Of a DNA stretch of 25,439 bases, positions 1 through 13,688 are shown one piece after another. Each line of letters starts with the position of its first letter. The stretch's first letter is position 1. A program made the translations under genes and the position numbers. The notes below the pieces were generated by a model, which saw only the letters and a list, made by a program, of their open reading frames with translations, did no database searches and was not told the DNA's origin. Origin of the DNA: Myxococcota bacterium (GTDB lineage: Bacteria > Myxococcota > SpSt-1050); assembly GCA_049969675.1 (NCBI GenBank), contig JBMFOP010000046.1:1-25439 (forward strand). Direction: 5' to 3'.

Positions 1-142
1 GAAAACAAACTTATCAAATCTTTCAAACTCAACTATCCAGATATTAAGATTGAAAATGTTAAAACCTATATGGGTGTTATAATGTTTCAAAAAGATAAAG
101 GAACTTGAAGCCCAAATTGATCAACTGGTTTATCTGCCGTAA
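1..142 (+). pseudogene. 3' fragment(s) of an upstream gene, possibly a type IIG restriction-modification protein remnant
   Basis: Frame 1 is open from the window edge to TGA at 106-108 (ENKLIKSFKLNYPDIKIENVKTYMGV...). A second frame at 92-142 reads KIKELEAQIDQLVYLP*, resembling the 'EIDQLVY' C-terminus of Eco57I/TaqI-like RM proteins. Confidence 0.3.
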
Positions 143-184
143 TTTACTTTACTAAAATCCCTTTTTGTTGATAAAAGAAAATAT

Positions 185-213
185 TTGACATATCTCTTAT
201 GTGTTCATATAAA
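185..213 (+). promoter_or_regulatory. putative sigma70 promoter of dnaA
   Basis: TTGACA (185-190), 17-bp spacer, TATAAA (208-213). DnaA-box-like 9-mers on the minus strand at 166-174 (TTATCAACA) and 202-210 (ATATGAACA). Confidence 0.5.
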
Positions 214-266
214 TCTATTCCCGCGATCAAAATTGATTTTGCGGAAGAATAGAGACAAATAATCAA

Positions 267-1601
267 ATGAACACTGGAATTCACATATTTGAAAAGGCAA
301 TAACCAACATTAAAGAACGCATAAATCCGGTGACCTTTGATGTCTGGTTTAAAGAGATTGAGTTTATATCAATGAAAGATAATACCATTGAACTATCCGT
401 ACCAAATCGCTTCTTTAAGGAGTTTTTTATAAACAATTATTCAAAAATCCTGCTTGAAGAGATAGCAAAAATCTGTGGTAGTTCATCTATTCCAGCCCTT
501 ATTCTCATTGAGAAAAATGAGAATCACAATGAGGAGAAAAAGATTGAACCGATTCAGGAGCCCATAAAAAATACTCATCCATCTCTCAATCCTAAATATA
601 CATTTAAGAAGTTTGTTGTGGGTAAGTCAAATGAGCTCGCTTATTATGCAGCAAGAAGTGTTGCAGAGAATCCAGCACAGAAATATAACCCCCTTGTCAT
701 CTATGGTAAGTCTGGCCTTGGAAAGACCCATCTCTTAAATGCTATTGGGAATCTGTGGTTTTCAATACATAAGAACGGAAATCTGATTAACATCTCCTCA
801 GAACAACTGATGAATGAATTTATCTTCTCCACAAAAAATGACGAGATGCTTAAATTCAGAGAGAAATACAGGAAGAATTGTGAATTATTACTTTTGGATG
901 ATATACAATTTATAGGTGGAAACAAGGGTGCGACTCAGGAAGAGTTGTTCAACATTATTAATACAATGCTGGAAAAGAAGAGACAGATTGTAATTGTCTC
1001 CAATGTCCACCCTTCAAAGATAGAGAATCTGGACGAGAAACTTCTGTCCCGTATCACATGGGGTCTCACCTGTGAGATTAAACCCCCAGAACTTGAGGTA
1101 AGAATTGAGATATTAAAATTTAAGGCAAAACTACTTGGACTGAATTTAAATGATGAAATAATTGAGTATATAGCCTCAAATATTAAATCAAATGTAAGGG
1201 AGCTCGAGAGCGCCCTAAATCACATTGAGGCATTTTCAAGTCTAACCAAACACAAGATTGATATGGCTCTTGTAAAAGAATCATTAAGAGATTTCTTTAG
1301 AGTTGAACAGAACAGAATTACACATAATTCTATAATTGATGCCGTTGCAAAATATTTTAACCTTGATAGAACTCAGCTCCTCTCTGATAGGAAGAGCAAA
1401 AATATCGTTGTGGCAAGACAGATCTCCATTTACCTCATCAGAAAATACCTCAATCTCTCTCTAAGTGAGATATGTAGTATATTTGGTAAGAGCAATCATA
1501 GCGTTATCATCTTCTCAATAAATAAGGTAGAAAAGATGATGAAAGATGAAAATTTTGAAAACATTATTAAGACCATTGAATCAAGTCTAACTGCATTATG
1601 A
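267..1601 (+). CDS. dnaA: chromosomal replication initiator DnaA
   Basis: LNPKYTF..FVVG.SN, YNPL.IYG.SGLGKTHL (Walker A), LLLLDDIQF (Walker B), SR..WGL, NVRELE, C-terminal HTH domain IV; directly upstream of dnaN. Confidence 0.98.
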   Translation: MNTGIHIFEKAITNIKERINPVTFDVWFKEIEFISMKDNTIELSVPNRFFKEFFINNYSKILLEEIAKICGSSSIPALILIEKNENHNEEKKIEPIQEPIKNTHPSLNPKYTFKKFVVGKSNELAYYAARSVAENPAQKYNPLVIYGKSGLGKTHLLNAIGNLWFSIHKNGNLINISSEQLMNEFIFSTKNDEMLKFREKYRKNCELLLLDDIQFIGGNKGATQEELFNIINTMLEKKRQIVIVSNVHPSKIENLDEKLLSRITWGLTCEIKPPELEVRIEILKFKAKLLGLNLNDEIIEYIASNIKSNVRELESALNHIEAFSSLTKHKIDMALVKESLRDFFRVEQNRITHNSIIDAVAKYFNLDRTQLLSDRKSKNIVVARQISIYLIRKYLNLSLSEICSIFGKSNHSVIIFSINKVEKMMKDENFENIIKTIESSLTAL

Positions 1602-1845
1602 AAATATGTTTAAATGTAGTAAAAAAAATAGTTTGAGAATGTCAAAAATTATTCAAAAAAGCTCGGTGTACATACTTTTTATTAAATTTTGTAAATCAAT
1701 AACATTTTATCAACTTACAAAAGCAGCAGTTTTAAACACAACTACTTTTAGTATTTCTCAATTAAACCAATTAATTAAAAAAAATTTAAACAAAGAAACA
1801 GACTTTACTTATTCTTCTGTTTATTATATATTGCTTAACTAATTT
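1602..1845. other. putative oriC (dnaA-dnaN intergenic region)
   Basis: Very AT-rich spacer with WTTTAAACA at 1607-1615 (minus), 1730-1738 and 1784-1792, TTATCAACT at 1707-1715, and a 3-periodic T tract (1806-1827) followed by an AT-only stretch. Confidence 0.7.
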
Positions 1846-1861
1846 GAAGGAGGAATTAGAG

Positions 1862-2974
1862 ATGAAAATTACTTTACAGAAGGCAGACCTTGAAAGGGCA
1901 ATAAGTTTTACTCAGGGAATAATTGATAAAAGGACAACAAATCCTATATTGAGTAATATCTTATTTTCTGCGGCTGACAATAAACTTGAACTTTATAGCA
2001 CAAATATGGACATAAGCTCAATTAATCAGATAGATGCAAGTGTTGAAGTTGTAGGAAGGGCTGTGGTAAGTGCAAGAATGCTTTTTGATATTGTAAGAAA
2101 ATTTCCTCCCGGGGAGGTTCATCTCAGGAGAATGGATAATAACTGGCTTGAACTTAAGTCTGGCTCTGTCCAATACAAGATCGCAGGTCTGCACCCGGAG
2201 GAATATCCGACAATAGAAAAACCCAAAAAGACTGATTATATTAGTATAAAATCAGATACACTAATGAAACTGTTAAAAAAGACGATCTTTGCTGTATCTG
2301 AAGAAGATGTAAAGAAGATTCTAGGTGGTGTATTTTTTGATTTTTCAGAGGAGAATTTATTGAAACTCGTTGCAACAGATGGTCATAGACTTTCATTGGT
2401 AAGAGAACCGGTAAACTTTAAGGTAAAAAAGAAAGAGGAGGATGGTATAGTCCTTCCGAGAAAAGGTATGTCAGAGCTCTTAAGGATTCTTGAAGAGACG
2501 GATGAAGACATAAAGGTAAGTTTTGATGAGAGAATGGCAATCTTTAAGACCGATACAAAGACATTGATGATGAAGGTTCTGGAGGGGACATTCCCTGATT
2601 ATAATCAGGTTATGCCAAAGGAGAACGATAAGATACTCAAGATAAACAGACAGAGATTCTATGATGCACTCTCAAGAATGGTAATTGTCTCTCACGAGAG
2701 GTCAAATATTGTAAGGATATCTTTCTCTGATGAGGGTATAGTGGTCTCATCAGAGTCACCAAATGAAGGTGAAGGTAAGGAATTTGTTGAGGCAGAATAT
2801 AAAGGTACAAAGATGGAGATGGGCTTTAATGCAAGGTATATTATGGATATCCTTGAAGTAGCAGAAGATGAGGTAATAGAGATGAGAATGCTGGATGAGC
2901 TCTCCGCAGTACTTGTAAAGCCTTCACAGGACGAAAATTTTCTGAATGTGGTGATGCCGGTCAGGATGCCGTAG
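1862..2974 (+). CDS. dnaN: DNA polymerase III beta sliding clamp
   Basis: NPILSN, VATDGHRL, FPDY.QV.P, GFNARY, VVMPVR motifs. AGGAGG (1848-1853) favours ATG 1862 over the ORF-track TTG 1844. Confidence 0.97.
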   Translation: MKITLQKADLERAISFTQGIIDKRTTNPILSNILFSAADNKLELYSTNMDISSINQIDASVEVVGRAVVSARMLFDIVRKFPPGEVHLRRMDNNWLELKSGSVQYKIAGLHPEEYPTIEKPKKTDYISIKSDTLMKLLKKTIFAVSEEDVKKILGGVFFDFSEENLLKLVATDGHRLSLVREPVNFKVKKKEEDGIVLPRKGMSELLRILEETDEDIKVSFDERMAIFKTDTKTLMMKVLEGTFPDYNQVMPKENDKILKINRQRFYDALSRMVIVSHERSNIVRISFSDEGIVVSSESPNEGEGKEFVEAEYKGTKMEMGFNARYIMDILEVAEDEVIEMRMLDELSAVLVKPSQDENFLNVVMPVRMP

Positions 2975-2990
2975 TATTGTATTTTTCTAG

Positions 2991-6094
<3,104 letters not shown>

Positions 6095-6113
6095 ATACCT
6101 TTTTATTCATTGA

Positions 6114-6572
6114 TTATCTGCTACGCTCTCTTATTGAGATAATGTGACTCTTGTTGATAAGATAAGTCTTCTTTAGGTTTTCATCGGTTAGGAGCAGAAA
6201 CTTCTCTTTTTGATTTACCTGATCTGATAATCTGGCAACAGGTGTAGAGACAGAGATTGGAACGGAGAGAGAGACAACTTTTCCGCCAGAAAGAATTATA
6301 TCAGCATAGACCCTGTTATATATAGATAGGTCTTTTTCGGTATCATACTCAATAAAGAGGACAGAATTTTTTGAAAAGAGCATAAATTCATTATTAATCT
6401 TGAAAGGGAAGAACAAAGTATCCTGTTCAAAGAATTCATCTATCTTCTCTTCGCCCGCATGACGAGGAGAGTATTCAGAGACAAATATCTGTCCATTCAG
6501 TGTAGAGCCATCCAGGAGGTGAAGTGTAATCATCTTTATCTTCATCTGAATTGTATAACCAGTATGAGCCAT
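6114..6572 (-). CDS. hypothetical protein with two similar beta-rich halves, co-transcribed with the pilT pair
   Basis: 152-aa ORF with RBS GAGG, 11 bp after the pilT stop. The halves echo each other (LHLLDGSTLNG...FSKNSVLFIE / IILSGGKVVS...INKSHIISIRE). Confidence 0.8.
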   Translation of the reverse strand: MAHTGYTIQMKIKMITLHLLDGSTLNGQIFVSEYSPRHAGEEKIDEFFEQDTLFFPFKINNEFMLFSKNSVLFIEYDTEKDLSIYNRVYADIILSGGKVVSLSVPISVSTPVARLSDQVNQKEKFLLLTDENLKKTYLINKSHIISIRERSR

Positions 6573-6583
6573 TTTGACCTCTG

Positions 6584-7669
6584 CTATTGAATGTTAATCT
6601 TTATTCCCTCTTTTTCAAGAGTCTTTATAAATTGTGGTTTATCAAGCGCCTTCTCAAATGCCGCCTCCGCAGTAATGATGCCTTTTTTAACATAGTTGTA
6701 AAGGCACTGGTCCATACTCTGCATTCCGAGTTGCTGTCCGGTCTGGATAAGCGATGGGACCTGAAATGTCTTTCCCTCTCTAATGAGGTTGGCAAGGGCT
6801 GGTGTGGAGAAGAGGACTTCAACAGCGGCAATTCTCCCCTGACCATCGGCGGTCTTGAGTAGTTGCTGAGATATTACACCCTTTAATGAATCAGACAACA
6901 TATTTCTGACCTGTGGTTGCTCCTCCGGGGCGTAACTATCTATTATTCTATCTATTGTTGCCGCGGCGGAGTTTGTATGAAGGGTTGCTAAGACAAGAAT
7001 TCCAAAGGATGCAGTTGAAATAGCAATTGAGATGGTCTCTGTGTCTCTCAACTCCCCCACAAGAATAATGTCCGGGTCTTCTCGCCCTGCCGCTTTGATT
7101 GCCTCAACAAAAGAGGAGACATGTGTTCCAACCTCTCTGTGTGTTATAACTGACTTCTTGTTTTGATGAACAAACTCAATCGGGTCTTCAATCGTAATTA
7201 TATGTGCCTCTCTGTTCTGGTTGATATGGTCAATTATGGCGGCGAGTGTTGTGGATTTGCCTGAGCCAGTTGGACCGGTTACAAGGACGAGCCCCTGTCT
7301 CAGTTCTGCGAATTTAAGTATGGTCTCAGGGAGCCCTAATTCCTGCACGCTCTTTATTCTGGTTGGAATGATTCTGAAGACGCCCTGCACACCCTTTGTG
7401 GTGTTGAGCACGTTGCATCTAAATCTTGAAAGGCCGGGTATCTCGTGTGCAAAATCAAAATCCAGATTCTGCTCAAAGATACGACGCTGATTTTCATTCA
7501 TTACTTCATAAATAATGTGTTTGGAAAATTCAGCAGTTACCACATTCTCGTCCTGCATCTGCACAAGGTCGCCGTGGAGCCTGATTACCGGCTTTAAGCC
7601 TATTACAATATGGAGGTCAGATGCCTTCATCTCGACCATCTTCTTTAAGAGTCTGTCCAGCTCTCTCAA
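6584..7669 (-). CDS. pilT: type IV pilus retraction ATPase PilT/PilU family (copy 2)
   Basis: ASDLH, GPTGSGKSTT, TIEDPIE, REDPDIILVGELRD, TLHT, ALANLIREGK, GMQSMDQ. RBS AGGAG before a TTG start. Confidence 0.93.
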   Translation of the reverse strand: MRELDRLLKKMVEMKASDLHIVIGLKPVIRLHGDLVQMQDENVVTAEFSKHIIYEVMNENQRRIFEQNLDFDFAHEIPGLSRFRCNVLNTTKGVQGVFRIIPTRIKSVQELGLPETILKFAELRQGLVLVTGPTGSGKSTTLAAIIDHINQNREAHIITIEDPIEFVHQNKKSVITHREVGTHVSSFVEAIKAAGREDPDIILVGELRDTETISIAISTASFGILVLATLHTNSAAATIDRIIDSYAPEEQPQVRNMLSDSLKGVISQQLLKTADGQGRIAAVEVLFSTPALANLIREGKTFQVPSLIQTGQQLGMQSMDQCLYNYVKKGIITAEAAFEKALDKPQFIKTLEKEGIKINIQ

Positions 7670-7682
7670 AATATATACTCCT

Positions 7683-8741
7683 TTATTGACCCAAGAGTTG
7701 TTTTAATACCTGAATATCCTGTGAATATAAGTATGCAGATTCTGGTGATATTATCCTGTTTTTTACAAGTTGTGCAAGTGAATCATCAAGGCGAATCATC
7801 CCCTGAGACTTTCCTGTAATCATCATTGAACCTATCTGAAAGCTCTTCCCCTCTCTGATAAGGTTTGCCACAGGAAGTGTATTGATAAGGAGTTCAACTG
7901 CCGGGATCCTCCCCTTTGAGTCTATTCTCGGAATCAGTCTCTGTGAGATGATGCACTTTAGGGCGTCAGAGAATGAGGTTCTTATCTGTGGCTGCTGGTC
8001 AGCAGGGAAGGCATCAATAATTCTGTCAATTGTCTTTATTGCATTTGATGTCATCATTGTTCCGAAGACCAGATGTCCAGTCTCAGCCGCAGTGAGAGCA
8101 AGAGAGATTGTTTCAAGGTCTCTCATCTCACTCACAACTATTATATCTGGATCCTCTCTCAATGCCGCCCTGAGGGCATTGCTAAACGACCTCGTATGAA
8201 TACCCACCTCTCTCTGATTTACAACTGCCTTCTGAGATTTAAAGATATATTCCACCGGCTGTTCTATGGTGATTATATGATGTGGTCTGGTGGCATTAAT
8301 CATATTTATTAGAGAAGCCATTGTCGTCGTCTTTCCATGTCCCGTAGGTCCGGTAATGAGGACTATCCCCTGATGATATTGTGTGATTCGTGTCAATGTC
8401 TGGGGTAGATTTAATTCTTCAAGCGTTGGGATTTTATTTGGAATGACTCTAAATGATGCATCAATCCCGTTGTGTGACCTGAATACATTTGTCCTGAATC
8501 TCCCCACGCCATCTATCTCATATGCAAAGTCTATATGTCCATTGCGCATAAACCCTTCTCTGTGTTGCTCGGGGATAATCTCGCCGATTAGAACCTTTGT
8601 AATATCTATGGTGAGATTCTGATATGGGAGTCTCTTTACCTCACCAAGTATCCTGTATACTGGTGGCGAATTGGTGGATATATGAAAATCAGAAGCCCCC
8701 ATCTCAACAGCCTTTTTTAAGAACATATCTATCTTTGCCAA
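7683..8741 (-). CDS. pilT: type IV pilus retraction ATPase PilT/PilU family (copy 1)
   Basis: GASDFH, GRFRTN, GPTGHGKTTT, QREVG, ALREDPD, AETGHLV, VANLIREGK. Start taken as TTG 8741 (MAKIDMFL) behind AGGGGTG rather than 8831. Confidence 0.92.
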   Translation of the reverse strand: MAKIDMFLKKAVEMGASDFHISTNSPPVYRILGEVKRLPYQNLTIDITKVLIGEIIPEQHREGFMRNGHIDFAYEIDGVGRFRTNVFRSHNGIDASFRVIPNKIPTLEELNLPQTLTRITQYHQGIVLITGPTGHGKTTTMASLINMINATRPHHIITIEQPVEYIFKSQKAVVNQREVGIHTRSFSNALRAALREDPDIIVVSEMRDLETISLALTAAETGHLVFGTMMTSNAIKTIDRIIDAFPADQQPQIRTSFSDALKCIISQRLIPRIDSKGRIPAVELLINTLPVANLIREGKSFQIGSMMITGKSQGMIRLDDSLAQLVKNRIISPESAYLYSQDIQVLKQLLGQ

Positions 8742-9055
8742 GAATTCACCCCTACAACTGATAGATTCAGTATTATATAAAGAACCCTTATTCAATAAGG
8801 TATTCCCCTTATGATTATCTGTTGAGAGCACTGCTGTTGAGAGTAATCTGCTTTGAGAATATAACTATTTGAATTTGAAGTTTGAGAAGATGGGTAGAGA
8901 ATATTTTAAATTTGAGAAATGAAAGCAAAAGAAAGGATTGACAAAAATAGAGTTAAGGTATATTTCATAAAGGGTTTAGTGAGGAAATTAAGAGTAAGAG
9001 TATATATTCAAAAGGTCAGCTATTTGTTGGGCTACCAAAAGACTATGGTAAAAAA

Positions 9056-10621
<1,566 letters not shown>

Positions 10622-10644
10622 GCTATGCCTAAAAGAGGTATAAA

Positions 10645-11115
10645 ATGAAGAGAAAAATTACGATATATCTAGATACATCTGTAATTTCTGCTCTTTTTGA
10701 TGAAAGGAAAGCCGATAGAATGTTCTGGACACAGGAATTCTGGAGGTTTATTAAGGAATTTGAAATTTATATCTCTGATTTAGTTATTGCGGAAATACAG
10801 GAAACTCCGGATCCAGAACTGAGAAGAAAAATGTTAGAGGCTGTGAAGGGATTTAATATATTAGAATTTAATGAAGAAGCAGAATGGTTAGGTAGGGAAT
10901 ATGTGGCTTACGGTGCTATTCCTGAGAGATACCGAAGGGATGCTTTCCATTTAAGTATTGCAACGGTTAGCGGAATAGACATTATACTTTCATAGAATTA
11001 TAAACATATAGTCCGATGGAAAACGAAGAAGATTGTAAAACTCGTGAATGAATTGTATGATTATCCTGTATTAGAAATTATGACCCCACCAGAAATTTTG
11101 GGAGGTGAAGAATGA
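10645..11115 (+). pseudogene. PIN-domain (VapC-like) toxin with an internal amber stop
   Basis: IYLDTSVISA, S.LV..EI, DA.H...A...G.D.I.S. TAG at 10993-10995 sits where the Trp of 'SWN.KHIV' is expected. The frame continues NYKHIVRWKT...EIMTPPEILGGEE* to 11115. Confidence 0.88.
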
Positions 11116-11303
11116 AAGAGATATCAAAGAAGAGATTGAAGGAATTGGAAGAAGAGGTGAAAAGAGAATTTCCAGATGACTATGCGCTCCAGCAGGTTCA
11201 TCTTGGACGTTTGATAATAGAGGAAAAAACCAAAGGGATGACACCAAAGGAGTTTGTGAAATACATTAAGGCAAAAGCAAAGAAAGTTCTTGAGCAAGGA
11301 TAG
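11112..11303 (+). CDS. small charged protein, putative antitoxin of the PIN toxin
   Basis: 63 aa, GGAGGTG RBS, ATGA overlap with the read-through PIN frame, inside the same cassette. Confidence 0.7.
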   Translation: MKEISKKRLKELEEEVKREFPDDYALQQVHLGRLIIEEKTKGMTPKEFVKYIKAKAKKVLEQG

Positions 11304-11325
11304 GTAAATATGATGTTGGCACTGC

Positions 11326-11477
11326 GTATAACACAGCACCTGCCCGCCGCTTCGCTATGGCAGGCGGGTAAAAGGTTCCCCCGTGAGATAAAGCAAGCTA
11401 TCTCACGGGGCGTCATCTCATGGGGCCACCTAAATTTTTGCTTCGCAAAAACTTCTTTTATTCTGGAAGCATTAGAT
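11326..11477 (+). other. attC-like recombination site 2 (interrupted, degenerate)
   Basis: GTATAAC (R''). The 3' 41 nt match attC1 at 36 positions. R' is ATTAGAT (GTT changed to ATT). Two palindromic inserts lie at 11339-11368 and 11379-11410. Confidence 0.8.
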
Positions 11478-11570
11478 GAAATTGCTGTTGGTGAAAGTTT
11501 GACAGGGAGGGAGTGGATAAGTGCTTAGATAAAGGGACACTTGACATTGAAGCAAAAAAATATAATAAGT

Positions 11571-11803
11571 CACTGCTGTCCAAAATAATCTAAACTCACA
11601 AATATTATCCTTGTAAAATAAGGATTTTGGACGGGTAAATTTGCCTCGTAAAATTCATGCTTTGAAATCTCAAGAATTTGTCCAAAAATACTGCTATACT
11701 TATTCACAGGAAGCCTCCTTTCAGGTTGTGTTTGTTTCCTGAATTAAAAATTAAATTTTACTTGCCAGAGGCTTTTTTTCAATTATTATTTTGGACAGAT
11801 GTG
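11571..11803 (-). mobile_element. 233-bp internally deleted IS4-family (DUF4372-type) element
   Basis: 19-bp terminal inverted repeats CACTGCTGTCCAAAATAAT / CACATCTGTCCAAAATAAT (17/19). Minus-strand AAAGGAGG plus GTG 11707 gives a 45-aa ORF, MNKYSSIFGQILEISKHEFYEA...LDYFGQQ*, whose ends resemble the N- and C-termini of these transposases. Confidence 0.8.
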
Positions 11804-11900
11804 GGCTTTGAGATTTAGAGAAAAATTATTTAAATGATGATAACTTTTTCATTTGCCCACGACTCTGCGTCCTGATGTATCGGGACTTGCCCTTCGGGTC

Positions 11901-11976
11901 ATATAACAGCGTGTTTGCGGGAAGCTATGCTTTTCAAAATGCCTTCGGCACTTCGCAAACACGCAAAACGTTAGCA
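11901..11976 (+). other. attC-like recombination site 3
   Basis: ATATAAC ... GCGTGTTTGCG (11909-11919) ... CGCAAACACGC (11954-11964, perfect 11-bp inverted repeat) ... GTTAGCA. Confidence 0.82.
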
Positions 11977-12035
11977 GAAATGCCCTGTATGATGTATAAT
12001 TTCCATGAGGTATATTTGGAGTTGCTCTAAAAAGT

Positions 12036-12182
12036 ATGGATTTTGAGTTTTCAGCACATACACAGAATATGTTGAGGGAGCGAGAGATTTCCGAAGAACG
12101 GCTATGGAAAACTATTAATAATAAGGTAGTGGGTATTGAAATGCTTAATCTTAGTGCCAGAATGAAACCTGAGCAATTATGA
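12036..12182 (+). pseudogene. 48-codon fusion of a DUF4258-like toxin N-terminus and a DUF2283-like antitoxin C-terminus
   Basis: MDFEFSAHTQNMLREREISEERLWKTINN joined to KVVGIEMLNLSARMKPEQL*. 'FS.H...M..ER.I' and 'K.VGIE.L..S' are characteristic of the two families. Confidence 0.65.
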
Positions 12183-12252
12183 GAAGTAAAAATAGTTTGA
12201 CAGGGGCATAATCTTTGAGTAAAGTATAATAGCCTTAGCAGAGGTTGTGATT

Positions 12253-13682
<1,430 letters not shown>

Positions 13683-13688
13683 ATTATA

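Noticed and set aside
1606..1842. 78-aa ORF between dnaA and dnaN
   Set aside because: Low-complexity translation of an AT-rich spacer with no RBS; better explained as oriC.
8742..8831. N-terminal extension of PilT copy 1 in the ORF track
   Set aside because: PilT similarity and an SD sequence begin at TTG 8741. Similar upstream extensions of dnaN, hypB and alaS were also trimmed.
10993..10995. Amber read-through or recoding (pyrrolysine, alternative code) in the PIN gene
   Set aside because: dnaN and gyrB end at TAG at their normal C-termini, and the position corresponds to a conserved Trp, so a TGG-to-TAG nonsense mutation is simpler.
11310..11528. 72-aa ORFs on both strands over attC2
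   Set aside because: They run through palindromic attC and insert DNA and have no protein-like motifs.
11541..11566. Consensus TTGACA and TATAAT as a working promoter
   Set aside because: The spacer is only 14 bp, so it is not called as a feature.
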